Positions 45,043-59,070 of a DNA stretch of 64,000 bases are shown here, in pieces. Position numbers and translations under genes: made by a program. This stretch comes from the human T2T-CHM13v2.0 reference genome, Homo sapiens: NCBI RefSeq assembly GCF_009914755.1, contig NC_060926.1. One strand, given 5' to 3'. The notes under the pieces are model-generated. The model was not told the origin of the DNA, searched no databases, and saw only the letters and a list, made by a program, of their open reading frames with translations. How positions within the stretch are numbered: position 1 is the first letter of the stretch; each line of letters opens with the position of its first letter.

Positions 45043-45074
45043 CATTCTATGCTTATATTGGGTGAGAGACCTTA

Positions 45075-45107
45075 GAGACCTGGAAACTTTTTATGCACTC
45101 TTGTATC
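45075..45107 (-). promoter_or_regulatory. GCG: GCG G2-like enhancer element
   Basis: ACAAGAGTGCATAAAAAGTTTCCAGG at about -180 to -212, similar to recalled rodent G2 (Ets/NFAT TTTCC core retained). Confidence 0.65.
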
Positions 45108-45149
45108 TTTTTTTTTTTTTTTTGGTTGGGAATGGAGAGAGCAGCTTGG

Positions 45150-45186
45150 AAATCCACCTTCTACTTTCAATCACGCATGAAAATCA
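45150..45186 (-). promoter_or_regulatory. GCG: GCG G3-like enhancer with Pax6 paired-domain site
   Basis: TTTTCATGCGTGATTGAAAGTAGAAGG; the plus strand reads TCACGCATGA, matching the Pax6 consensus core. Confidence 0.7.
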
Positions 45187-45209
45187 CTTAAGTTCTCTAA
45201 AGTGAATTT

Positions 45210-45217
45210 TGACGTTG
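45210..45217. promoter_or_regulatory. GCG: Imperfect cAMP response element
   Basis: TGACGTTG (6/8 to TGACGTCA) at about -320, the position of the rodent CRE upstream of G3. Confidence 0.55.
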
Positions 45218-45814
45218 AAGACAAAAGACCTTGAAATTACGTAGCCCATGGCCATCCCTGTTTTGTGCATGTCCTCATTTGAGGTTCTTACAAGTCTTTG
45301 GTTTGCTACCTAGCCATGATGAATTTACCTGAATATAACAATCACTTCAGTCATTCATTTATCTAAATAATGATCATTCATTCAACACATATGTATTAAA
45401 AATCCTCTCTTCCTCACAACGTGGAGTTTATTTATGTTATGTTTGTGGAAAATTTAAGGATATTGATTAAACCCCTATGTGTTCTGTTTTAATAAATGGA
45501 ATTCAGGCAGAAAGGATGGAGCAAAATGAAGATTAAACATCCAAGATAGCTGATGCTAACAGGAAATTATCTGGTATTTTTTTCCTTCTAATATATATTT
45601 AAAATCTAATTTTACTGATAAGAGAGTGGGGTACTAAGTTACAAAAGAATGAGATATGAGGAAAACTGTTGAGATGAGATGCATATTTTCACGTTTCCTG
45701 AGTTTTGTGACTGGACACACAGGCTTTAATGATCTGTGACATTTAGCAGAAATGATTCTGGTCACTGTAGAGAAATAGAAAAATGGTAAATAATCTGGAA
45801 AGACAGCATAAGAA

Positions 45815-45930
45815 GTAGTGTTGGCATAATTTGATTTTAGTTTTGCTGTTATTGACCAGCTGTGTGACCTTGGTCAAGTCACGCATTCTCTTTGTGTCTC
45901 TGCCTCCTTATTTGTAAAATGAGAGGGGTT
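45815..45930 (+). mobile_element. MIR
   Basis: AGCTGTGTGACCTTGGTCAAGTCAC...CTCCTTATTTGTAAAATGAG core. Confidence 0.8.
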
Positions 45931-46227
45931 GGTAAATGTCTTTTCTAAAATAAAAATTTTATTCCATATTGCAAACTCATCACAACATTTCCTAACTAGA
46001 TTCCAATATTCTAATATAACCAACCGCATGATGTCACTGATGACTTGTATGGAGGTAAATCATTGAGGCAACTGGAGAAATATTCCAAATGAACTTAACT
46101 GTTCAATTTGTGCATGAGACCAACGTTTGAATGTAGAGCTACTTGAAGGCCACAGAGATCACTTTCAAGTCAGACTGGAAGACATCATTGAGGGGTTTTT
46201 GTGCTGGTGATTATTGGGTGCTAGAAA

Positions 46228-46370
46228 GCCTTGCTTTGCAAAGTGTGGTCTAAGGACCAGCATCATCTGGGAGCTTGCTAGAAATGCAGAATCTCGTGCC
46301 TATCAGAATCTGTATTTTAACAAAATCCTAAGGAAATCTGTGTTCATATTAAAATTTGAGAAGCACAGCT
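46228..46370. mobile_element. MER5A-type MITE
   Basis: CAAAGTGTGGTC..GGACCAGCATCATCTGGGAGCTTGCTAGAAATGCAGAATCTC...TTTGAGAAGCAC. Confidence 0.85.
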
Positions 46371-47499
46371 GCATAAAATATCTGCCTCACTTTATCTCCT
46401 CATTGGTACTGCTGGTGTCTTGATCTGAGACCTGCTTCTTGGCACTCTACCAGCAGAGGGGGTGAAAGAGCAGAGAAAGGTGTCAAGCCTTAGGTCGGTC
46501 TAGAGAGTAATACTTATAAATACGGTAATAGCTTGAAAGAGTGGATTGATTTAATGTATGATTACATTGTCTTTCTCTCTGGCTACAATCTTCACACAAC
46601 TATTCGCTATATTTTTAATCGTTTTGGCAGATTCAGTTCTACTTTTCCCATTGTCTATTTGTCTATTTGAGCAGATGTTTCTTTCTGTCTCTCTGTCTCT
46701 GTCTCTCTCTTTCCTTTTCAGACTCTACTTGTTTGTGGAGCAGCCCTAAGAAGGAAGATCTGCAGATCATATATATAAAATCTTCAACATAGCACTGGCC
46801 TTTCAGTAATTATCCTCTCCCAATATTTAACTACCAAACATTTTTCTTTCCCTCCACTCTACTTGCTTCCATTATTCTAGAAGTGACTATCCCAAGTTGT
46901 TTCAGAAAATTTCCTGTGACTTTATCTCCAGCCCACTGACACTGATTCTTGGGGCTCCCAGTACCATAAGGGTAAGCATTCTCAGGATGTATAAGCAATA
47001 AGAACCCCACTGCATTGTGTGCTGCTCTCCTCTCTAGGAGGGGCAAGTCAGGCTTCTTCATGGACACCGAATTGTCAGAAATTAAGACAGAACTCAAGTG
47101 CAATTTGGACTTGCAGATCTTCTTCCTATCACTGTTCTGGCATGAGCCTCTACTTGGCCTATTCCCATCAATACAGTTATTCAGTGATTTAGATGTGAGG
47201 CAAGGAAAGTGGTAGCCCTGTATGTCTATGACTAGTGACATATATGATTTCTTTATGATGTTTAGTCCTAAGGACAATTTCCACAGATTTACAACCTGTG
47301 CAGCTGCATGAAGCTGCATGCAGGACCTCATGCTTGCCTTAATGCTTTTACCACCTCAAAATTCTTAAAAATTTACACAAAACCATGCATTGTGGGGTTA
47401 TTGTGTGTTTATTTTCTGTAGCTGCTCGGAATACTTAGGAATAGTTGAGAATGGCAAAGATCCAGGTTCACAGTGCGCTGCGATGGGAAGTCTATGGGT

Positions 47500-48845
47500 A
47501 GGGAGAACTCTCAGGCGTTGCTGATGGGAGTACAAAATATTAACTCCTTTGAAAGGTGGTTTGGTAATACTTATCGAAGTGACTAATACCTATAGTTCTT
47601 GGTCCAGTAAGGCTAAAGCACTATTCTGAACATTTATCCCACATATATTGCTATGTAGATATGTAATGATGTAGGTACAAGGTTGAGTAGAAGAGTAACA
47701 GGTGGGAACTAATCCAAGGGGCCAGCAATAGAGCACTGTTTAGAAAAAAAAAAAAAATGAAGACGCTGTCTATTTACCAGTAGGGAAAGACTCCAAGTTA
47801 TGTTGTTAGTTGAAAACAAGAAAGTGCAGAATGGGTATGTAGTAGGCTACCTTTTGTTTTAGAAGGGAGAGGGGCAGAAATACGTGTTTATTTTTCATAA
47901 TTGCGTCAAAAAATTAAAATAGACAAGAAGCTGATGAAAGTGCTTACCTGTAGGAGGCAGTGTGGATAAGTGGGGTGCATGTGGACAGGGACAGGATGCA
48001 AAGAATACTTCTTTTATATACCTGCTATGTGGTTTGGATTGTTTGACCATTTGATAGAATTACCCATTCAAAACAAACCAAAAAATGTAATTTAAAAAGG
48101 AGTGACAGTACAACTACTTTGGAAAAAGGTAAAACTTTAGAGCTAAATGTACAATTACCCTTTGACCTAGCAATCCACTCCTGGGTATTTTATCCAAGAG
48201 AAATAAAAACATATATCCACAAAATGACTTGTAAAAAAGTGTTCAGATAAGCTTTATTTACAATACTTAAAAACTAACTGAAGTATCCATCAACAAGAGA
48301 AAGAAAACAATTTGTGATACGGAATTCATACAGCAACAAAAATTAAGCAACAGCTGACTCAGGCAGCAATGTGGAAAAATTTTGCAGACATTATGCTGCA
48401 TAAAAGAAGATGGACATGAACAACTATATACTGTATGAATCCATTTATAGAAGTTCAAAAACAGGCAAAATTGAAGTTAAAAATCTCAGAACTGTGGTTG
48501 TTTCTTGGAAGAGGATGGGAGAGGATTGCCTAAGAGGGAACTTTCTGGGGAGATGGAAATATTCTATATTATGATAAGGGTATGTGTTACCAGGTTTATC
48601 CGATTATCAAAATAGTACAGCTAAGATTCGTGATTTTTAATTTATGTAAATTTTACCTAAAAGGAAAAAAAAGAATAGTTACAAAAAAAAAAAAGAAGTC
48701 TGAGGTGTGGGTGGAGGTACAGATGACACAACCATGGCAAAATACTGATAATTGTTGAAGCTGGCTGATGGATAAACAGGGTTCATTGTGCAATTCTGCT
48801 TACTTTATTTATGTTTGAAATTTCCCATATTAAAAAGTTAAAGCC
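47500..48845 (+). mobile_element. Old L1M 3'-end fragments
   Basis: GACCTAGCAATCCACTCCTGGGTATTT..CCAAGAGAAATAAAAACATAT; ATACTGTATGAATCCATTTATA. Confidence 0.75.
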
Positions 48846-50746
48846 ATAATAGAATGATCGTGGGGATTGGTCATTAGGACTAATTGGTCATTTATCACTT
48901 TGGAAGCCAAAGAGTTAGACTTTTCAGTGAGTAAGGATTAGCTAAGTAAAATAAGTGAACTTCATAGACACATGGTGGCAACAGAGCCTGGATGGAAAAC
49001 AGTAGCCTAGGCCGGGCCAAGGTAACGGAAAAACAACTGCAATGAAGGCAGAGAGAGGAAGCTACCACTCAGAGGTAATGGAATCAAAATCACTGCTCCC
49101 TTCTTCTCAATGTTATTCAATACCCATCCCTAGGATTTGCCTAGCTCTGTTTGATAAAACTGCAGTAGTGACCAGTCAAGCTTTCCTGATATGCTTGAGG
49201 TTTGTTTTTTATTCTTGGACAGTATTTAATACTCTAACCTAGGAAGAGCACAGCGTATTAAGATACCATCCAAGGGTCCATAACAAGGGTCTTCTGAAAA
49301 TAGGTGTGAACCTTCAAAAGATCAAAGAAAAATTATGTATAGCATTTGAGGAAAAAGTTTTTATTGATTAGTTTTAACTCTGAAGAGCCACTTAACGAGA
49401 GCATTTGAAAAGTTAAAAATTGAATACATACAATGTAATAATCAGATGTCCTTCACATCTCTGTGAGTGACTTAATGGGCTCAGGGATCCAGCGGTAATA
49501 AAAGAAGAACTTCCAGGGGAAGTTCTGAGTTTGCCAGAGGATGTGAGAAATACCCTTCCTGAGAGATATTTAAAAATCAGTTCATGACCCATCAATCTGG
49601 AAGGATTCTGAGGAAGCCTGCTGGGGTTGGGGGGAAGATTCAGTAATAAGATCAACGGACAGTCTTCCTGCCCTGAGGCTCCGAGACCCTGCAGACAGCC
49701 CGCTCACAAGTCTGTGCAGGGGACTGTGTGGCATCATGGCTTTGCATTCGTTGATTTTATCTTTTGCAAGATCCCTGGTATAATGAGATGTTTAAAACTG
49801 TTCTAAGTTTCAGTTGTTATTTTTATTCCTAAAGGGAACAAGAAAGAGAAAGAAAACAAAATCATATTTGTACAAAAGAATCTTATCTCATAATTTACAA
49901 GCAGAATATATATTTATATGTATAAATACATATATATCATTGAATACATGTGTTATGCTACTATTTTTCGCATATTGTAGCTATAAAAAACAAACCATAT
50001 GTCATTACATTTATCCAACCTCTTGCTCATCTGGAAAGACTTTTTTTCTTCAAGCTTCTAAGAGTCTTTAATGTGAACCAATTAAAACATTGCAATTTTT
50101 TAAAGTCTTCTGTAAAAGGAAGTAACTTCAGCCATTAGAAAATTTAAAATTTGGAGTCTGTATACTAAGAAAATGCAGAGAATGCAAACCTGAGTTATAA
50201 ATACTTTTTCTTGTTCATTATACCTTGTAGTAAGACTTACCCCCTGCCTGAAACTTACTCAGTATTGCCAATTTGTATTTTATCAGATGTATTATCAAGA
50301 TATGCCCAGTGTTCTGGTGAAATTGAAATGATATAACCATAGAAGGGAGGATAATTCATAAAGCCATCTAGGCTATTACCCTATTTTAAAGCAGAGATTT
50401 ATTTAATGTATTACAATTCATTGTTTGGCTATTTTATTTTTCAAACCTGGAGAATAAATTTCTACATTTCCATTTTGCAATAAATGACCAAAATAATTTA
50501 TTTCTGCGGTCAGAAACATTTCTATGGCCAGAAGTATTTCATATCTGCGTTCTAGTCCTGGCTCTTACTGAAAGGTAAATCATTTCTTTGTTGCCATGTT
50601 GTCAGAAGATGTAAAAACTGACTTTTCACTTCCATCTTAATAAAAATTCTTTTCTCCTCATAAAGCACCGTCGACTAACCATAAGTCTTTTCTAAGGCTG
50701 AAGAATGATAGAGTCTCCCTTTTTTTCTTATATGTCTAGTCCATGA

Positions 50747-51113
<367 letters not shown>

Positions 51114-51884
51114 TTTGTTTGCATTCTTTCCCCACAAATAATGGGCAAAACTCATAGCGGAAAAAAGGGTGATGCAAATAATATCTTAAAAATGTATTTG
51201 ATTTATTAAGCATCAATTTGCCTCTAATGTTTTTATGGACACTTGTTCTAATAAATGTATTGTTGAAGACAGTTGACATTGATGAAAAGAATCAAATAAA
51301 AATTATAAATTCAGAGACACATTTGACCAAACACCCAGGGTAAAGTGTAATAGTCATTCCTTCCATTGGTTAGCACATAGCTTCAACTACTGATTAGTTC
51401 GTTACTTTTTTGATATCTCACCTGGAATTCATATACAGATTTAATTGTAGGCAAAGATTTAAAAATCATAATATGAGAGCCAGTATTTTTTACAATTCAG
51501 AAATGAGGATCAAGCCGCCTAAGAATAGAAGTAACTACCATTTCCTGAATATGTACTAAAGGCAAAGCTGAGTATATTATTCTCTAATACTCAAAATACA
51601 TAACGAGTTCAATATTTTTGCCTTCATTTTACAAATAACAAGACAGGGGCTTAGAACAGGCAACCAAGTTGCTTAAAGCCATATCTGGGTCCGAATACAG
51701 GACCCCACTACTTTGTAACCTTTCTAGAGTAAGGCTTTGCAAAGTAGTCCTGGGAGGACTTGCAAAATCTCCTCAAATCAGCTTTGACTGCTGTCTAAAT
51801 CTATTCAGAACTTCCAGATAGCTAAGATAGCAAGACATCTAAATGCTAAACAGTTGATGATGGAAGTATTTTTGGGCTTAGTTT

Positions 51885-52445
51885 TTAAAAAATGTATGAT
51901 TCAGTAGTTTTTAGTATGTTCAGAATGCTGTGTCACCATTACCGTTATCTAATTTCAGAACTTTTTCATCACCCATAATAGAAACCCCATACTCATCAGC
52001 AGTCACTCCCCCTTGCCCTCTTTCCGAGCTCTTGACTACTGATCTACTTTCTCTGTATACACATTTGCCTGTTCTGTGTATTTTATATAAATGGAATCAC
52101 TCAACATATAATCTTTTTTGTCTAATGTCTTTTATTTAGCATAATCTTCTCAAGGTTCATCCACGTTGTAGAAGGAATCAGTACTTCATTCTTTTTACGG
52201 TTGAAATGATTCCATTGTATGCTATTTACCACATCTAGTTTACCCATCTATCAGTAATGGACATCTGGGTGGTTTCCACTTTGGGGCCATTATGAATAAT
52301 GCTGCTGGGAACATTCATGCACAAATTTTTGTCTGGACTATGTTTTTAATTCTCTTGGGTAAATACCTAGGAGTAGAATCGCTGGCTTATATGCTAACTC
52401 TATGTTTAACTTTTTGAGGAACTGCCAACTGCTTTCCAAAGCGAC
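51885..52445 (-). mobile_element. L1M 3' fragment
   Basis: AGGTTCATCCACGTTGTAG...GGTAAATACCTAGGAGTAGAAT...TTTTTGAGGAACTGCCAA. Confidence 0.85.
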
Positions 52446-53164
52446 AGTGGAGATTCTGTTTTTTAAGAATCAGATCCACGAATTTTGGATATGTCACACG
52501 ATTGACTTTTTCTTCCTTTTCAACAGCTACAGATTTCAATGAGGACAATAAAGGAGCATAAGATCGAGAGGTCAGTGGTGGGGCAGGTCTTGGCAAGGAG
52601 GAGAGACTATGCTTTTTGTTTCCTCTAGACTGAATTGGAGCGTCAATGAAGAGGCAAGATGAGGCTGGATGTTGGAAAAAGTCTCCTTGGAAGAGCTGCT
52701 CTGCTGAGTGCAGTTAAGCAGAAAACTGAAAGATGAAAATGTAGGGGTCAGAAAAGGGATTTTCTTATATGACAGGTTTAAGTGTTTTGAGTGCTCATGG
52801 GGTGTAAGATGTAGATCTGGAATAAGTGGCGGGGGTGGGGTAAATCCTATGGTTTCCTCTGTGCTTTGTACAGAGACATAGTGGTGTGAGTGGCAACTGG
52901 GTAAAATAAGTGTAACTTCAATTTTAATTTTTTTCTTTCATTGAGAATAAAAATATTCCTCTTATTGGCAACAACAATGGATCAAAATAGATTTTTCTAA
53001 AGCACCTAAGAGCCTAATATCCTGGACTAGTATATTCTCTTATATCAGATATATCAGTAGGAATATCATATTATTCCTACGATCTAGGGATAATGCAATA
53101 ATTATTATGGATTATTTATTCTGAAAATTATTACCAATAAAATTTTTAAAAGCATTTTTTAAAA

Positions 53165-53654
53165 AATTATTGAGGTGACATTTACATAATAAAATAAATC
53201 CTTTTAAAGTGAACAATTAAGTGACATTTAGTACATTTATGTGTGCAACCACCACCTCTATTAGGTACCAAAACAATTCCATAATTTCAAAATAAAAACC
53301 CATATTCAGTAAGAAGTTTCTCCTCACATCTCTCTCCCCACACCCAGTGGCAACCACTACTTTGAACTCTGTCTCTATGGATTTACGTGTTCTGAACATG
53401 TCACGTAAATTGAATCATACGGTAGGTTTTTGGGTCAATGCATTAGAGATTCATCCATGTGGTAGTACATGTCAGTACGTCATTACTTTCATGGTGCAAT
53501 AATATTCTGCTGTATGTATATACTACAATTTGTTCATCCATTCACCCATTGACGGACATTTGGGCTATTTCCGCTCTTTGACTATGGTGAATAATACTGC
53601 TGTGAACATGTTTGTACATGCATTTGTTTGAGTACTTCTTTTCAATTCTTTTAA

Positions 53655-53701
<47 letters not shown>

Positions 53702-54100
53702 GGAGTGGAACTGCTGAGTTATATGGTAATTCTATGTTTAACTTTTTAAGGAGCTGCTAAAGTGTTTCCCACAGTGGCTGAAGCATTTTACATTCCCACC
53801 TGCGATGCACAAGAGTTCCAGTTTCTCCACATTCTTGCCAATATTTATTTTTTGTTTTTTTCTGGAATTGTTATAGCCATTTTTGTTGGCATAAAGTTGT
53901 ACCTCATTGTGGTTTTGATTGGTATTATCCTCATGACCAAGGATGCTGAGCATCTTTTCATGTGCTTGTTGGACATTTGTATGTTTTCTTTGGAGAGATG
54001 TCTCTTCAAATCCTTTGCCCATTTTGAAATTGTGCTGTCTGTTTTCTTATTGTTGAATTGTATGTGTTTTTAATATATTCTGGATACAGAACCCTACGAA
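53165..54100 (-). mobile_element. L1M 3' fragment containing a (TA)n tract
   Basis: L1 3'UTR and ORF2-end motifs (GTACCTCATTGTGGTTTTGATT, GAGCATCTTTTCATGTGCTTGTTGG). Confidence 0.88.
53657..53698. repeat. (TA)n microsatellite
   Basis: About 21 perfect TA units. Confidence 0.97.
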
Positions 54101-54602
54101 TAAGTTTATATTTGTATATATGTAAATATGTATGTATTTTAATGATAAATTATGTAATTTAATGATAAATTTTAATGATAAAAATTATTCATTTCAATAA
54201 ATTATAAATTTTAATAATTACACTCATAGTTTCCATGACTTTACTTTCTTTCTGGAAAATATGACACAAGGATGATTTGAATATTGAGTTGCTATTTATA
54301 AAGTTTATTATAAAATTTTAATACTTTGATAGTGATAGATTCCTAATTTTTGTTAAGAGAAAAACACATGCAGAAGGCTCTAAGTGTACATCAAGAAACT
54401 GATAGTAGGATTTCCTCTAGCAGGTTTCACTGAGCACGGCTTCTTCATCAAAGAAGATTATGTCAACAATATTTTATGACTCCTGATACTGTAACTTGAA
54501 AAAGTAAATAGTGAAAGTACTCCGGATATGTTGGAAGTTCTTTTGCAACCTGGAGGTACGTGTGTGACTCTCTGAAACCATAAATTGATAGCCAGTAACT
54601 AA

Positions 54603-54942
<340 letters not shown>

Positions 54943-55999
54943 TAAAAGACATTTTACCGGTAATCTTCTAAATTGTAATTTTTTGTTCTTCTAAAGACTT
55001 AGTCTAGAGGAATAAAGCCTCAGGTTTACACACTCGTTGTTCCTTATTTCTGGAGCCTCTGCTTTGGCAGCCTGGGTGCAGCTGGCATGACACACTCAAT
55101 GCCAATTTGGGGACCATCCCTATGTGATATCTTGCAAGTGTCCCCCACCACCCTGCCCCATCTGTAGTTCCACGGTCATGGTGTGGAAGCTGGCAGGAGA
55201 GCAAGTGTGGGAAGACACAGTGCAGGGGTGACATTGGTGAGAAGACATCAAGAAGCAGCAGCAACAAGTGGAGGAGAGTCCATGGGAAGACTGGAAAGCC
55301 AACGCCATTTAGAGTTCAGTCATGAACTGGATTTCCATATTGATTGGCTTGTCTGGACATACACACAATTTTGCTGGGGCCAGAAACAAGATGTAGACCC
55401 TGTAGAAGTTATTAAGTTACAGAGGGAGGCACAAAACTTCAGCTTCAAAAGCAACCTTCAAATGTTTGTTTAGCAGTCACTTAATGGTGACTTCATTATG
55501 TGTACTTGAATTCTAATAATGGCTTATAAGGGCCTGCTATTAGGGTTGTGTTTACTTATACTCCATTATATATTCATTATTTGATTAGTGACATTAATAG
55601 GTAACAAACCTATCTGAAAAGGCATTCCACATATTTCTTCTAGAATACCTGAGAAGAGTCACTGCCACTGTGGTACAGAAACTGTATGCCAATTCAGTTG
55701 GCATGCAGGGAGTAATTGAATTGACCTGGATATATGGAATCTTGGGTGAGTACTATAACTTAAACCTCATTTTCCTAGTCAGAAATACATATATTTTAAT
55801 TTCTAATTTACAGAGTTTCAAAAATTAAATGGAAGAATATATACGGAGCACCTGGTATACAATTCACATCCAAAAGAAAGCAATCAAATTATTCCTTAAA
55901 ATAGAAATTGATACACACAGCCCAAATCTGGCATCCAGATGAGTTTCCTTTACTCATAAATTAGTGGTCAAGGGTTCAAAATTAAGAGGGAATTTCCAT

Positions 56000-56230
56000 T
56001 TAAAAATCCAGTTTTCCGGTTTCTCTTGACAAAAATCACAATGTCTGGCAACACCATATTTCCAGTGGCAGCAGTTTGAGCCAGTAGTTGTTATCCCTTT
56101 AGTGCAGTCACCAGCTCATTAGAGTCCCAGCCTTATTTTACCAGGAATCTCCTTGACCCGTTTCTTGGTTTGCTTCATTCGTTCTGATCACCTGCCTGGA
56201 CTCAGTGGTTCTTGAGATTGGGAACTCTAC
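56000..56230 (-). mobile_element. MER102-like fossil
   Basis: AAAAATCCAG.TTTCCGGTTTCTCTTGA...TCTGGCAACAC...CACCTGCCTGG. Confidence 0.5.
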
Positions 56231-56357
56231 TCTAAGACTCCTGTTACATTTATCCAATGCAAGATCTTCAGCTATAAATTTAACTCATATAAAATACGTT
56301 TTATGAAATAAGATGTTGGATGGTGATGGTGATGGCAATCCCTTTGAAAATGTTATT

Positions 56358-56720
<363 letters not shown>

Positions 56721-57969
56721 TCAAACAAGGTGCCATGATGGGTCCCTGCCCTCACTTTTACTGCCTAAATAGTTAGAGACAACACTTCAACCTCAGTGTT
56801 TCTAAGGGATCTATGGTTGCCATCCAACCAAATATTTCCCACACCAACCCCATAAATCTGGCCTCAAAAGAGATCCATGAGACCTCCATATTGAGAGAAA
56901 CCACTGTAATCCCAGCAGATGTTGAGATCCAGGGGAGAAAATAGTAAATGAAAACACAGGATTGACTCCTATTATTTAACCTACAGGCCTCCAATTGTGG
57001 AAGATGATTTAAGGATCAGGAATTGCGTTGCACTATGCCCTAAAGGGACACAGAAGAATTCTTAGGGCTTGCAAATGTGATTTGAAAGCCAAGGATCTAG
57101 CCTAGTACCTGTGGCATGCAGGGAGTAATTGAATCTCAGGAAGAGAAGGTGCTTGCCCGAATTACAAGAATTAGAACTCAGTTCTCTTGAATCTGTTTGG
57201 CAACTTTGCAGGTGCACAGGACTACATTCAGTTGCATCAATGGGATACTAGGAAGTTCAGTTCACCCATGTTGAATGATCAACTAAAAAATATGATCTAA
57301 AATGCACAGCCTTGACAAGAGATATTTCACTGATTTATTTTTCATGAGTCCAAGTTTACAATACAATCTGAATTTAAAAGAACCAACCAAACCAACCAAC
57401 CAAACTTTCAGGGTTTGAACATATAATCTGATCAGGAGACAGAAACAGAATAAGCATGGGTATCCTTGTTTTATAATGTAAAAGAAACCACTACTACTTG
57501 AAACATACTTATTAAGCAAAATGTATTTTTAAAAACTAGTGTTGTTTTTAAAATAAAAGCTGCTAGAGTAATCAATCACATTCCAGATATTTATTTGTCA
57601 TTTTCCAGCCTGAACATTTGTGCCAAACTTCCTCAGCCTGCAGTGTCCCGGTGGTGATTCATCTAGAGGCAGCAAGTATCTAAGTTAGGACAGTGAAGTA
57701 GGCTGTGTTTCCATTTCCTAATCCAAATTATTTTTGTTTCAAAGACAAACTTCTTTTAGATCTCTGGCTAAAATTCTTGTCCTCCCTAACCTTATTCTCC
57801 TGACCGGGACACCTGCTGCTCAGGGATTTTTCTTTCTCTTTGCTTTGAGGAGGACAACAGCAAGTTCCTATTATATACTAAGTTTCAGAAAGGGCATGAT
57901 CTGTACCCACTGCCAGATTACACATCAGGATTCCAGTTTCATGGGCTCTCTCATCCACAGAATGTGAGG

Positions 57970-58445
57970 ATACATTCAGCAAATATTGATTGAGGTCCTC
58001 CTACATTATTCTAGGTACTGTCTAGATCCTGGAGGCAGAGAGGTGAAAAAAAATAGACAAGCTCTCTGCTCAGAGGGAGCTTGTACTTGAATGGGAGAAA
58101 TAGGGAACAACCAACACAAACGTAAATCAAAGAATTTCTGATGCTTCTAAGTGCTATCAAGGAAACAAGATTAAATAATGTGGTTGGAAGTCTCTGGCTG
58201 TGGCAGAAGCAATGTGAAATCCAATGATCAGGGAAATTCCCTCTGAGGCAATGACACCTGAGCTGAAACCAAATGAGGAGACAGCCAAGTGAAAAGCTGA
58301 GAAAAGATGTTCCAGACCCTGGCACAGAAATAAGTTTGGCCTACACAAAATCCACAGATGAGACCAGGGTGGCTGTAGTTTGATAGGTGATGAGAGAGCG
58401 GTGGAGACAGGGCCAGAGAGGACGGCCACTGTGGTGCTTTGCAGG
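57970..58445 (-). mobile_element. L2 3' end
   Basis: CATTCAGCAAATATTGATTGAG..CCTAC..CTAGGTACTG. Confidence 0.75.
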
Positions 58446-58829
58446 CTTCACAGGAAGGTGGGTAAATTTACTGCCCATGTCCTTCAACTACACATTGCCC
58501 TGGCAGTTTGTCTTTCTCAAAGGTGTTTCAATCACTGCTATCAAATATTAGACTCCTTAGACAGGTGTTGAGTGAGACACAAGGATGAACAACTCATTTA
58601 AGATAAGTACCAAGGAAGATGAACTTCCTTGGACATGCACGACTTCAATATTGGTTATTCCTAAAAGGCCACCTTGTTTTAGAAATAAAGACTCATGTAT
58701 AAATGATCGAGGACACTTATACTACATTCCATGATATGGGAAAGAAACTATTGGCTTCCGACTGAGGCTATTAATTTCTTGAGAATTAGTTTATTGAAAA
58801 AACCATTAAAAAGTAGTTCATTTTATGCA

Positions 58830-59070
58830 TCTAACAAACAGCTACAAAAGACTGTGTCAGACACTGCTCTACAAGTGATAACTACTTTAAAACAACAATC
58901 AATTCCATGGGGTAAGAACTGTTATTATCTCAATTTCACATATAAGGAAACTGAAACAGAGATAACTTATGAAAATTTATCAAAGTTGCATAGCTTATAT
59001 ATTACTGAACTGGGATTCAAACCAGATAGTTTCACTTTAACCTCCATTCCTTTACCCACTACAGTGCTGC
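58830..59070 (-). mobile_element. MIR
   Basis: TTATTATCTCAATTTCACATATAAGGAAACTGA...CTGGGATTCAAACC. Confidence 0.75.

Noticed and set aside
46831-47331. Longest ORF in the track (166 aa, minus strand, 2 kb upstream of GCG)
   Set aside because: Starts in a MER53-like fragment, has no recognisable domain or splice context, and its length is plausible by chance across six frames of 64 kb
53057-53080. Hairpin GTAGGAATA-N6-TATTCCTAC
   Set aside because: A 9-bp AT-rich stem is expected by chance in 64 kb and is too short for a pre-miRNA
54135-54220. Repeated TAATGATAAATT units
   Set aside because: Low-complexity AT-rich slippage next to an L1 end; no spacer structure
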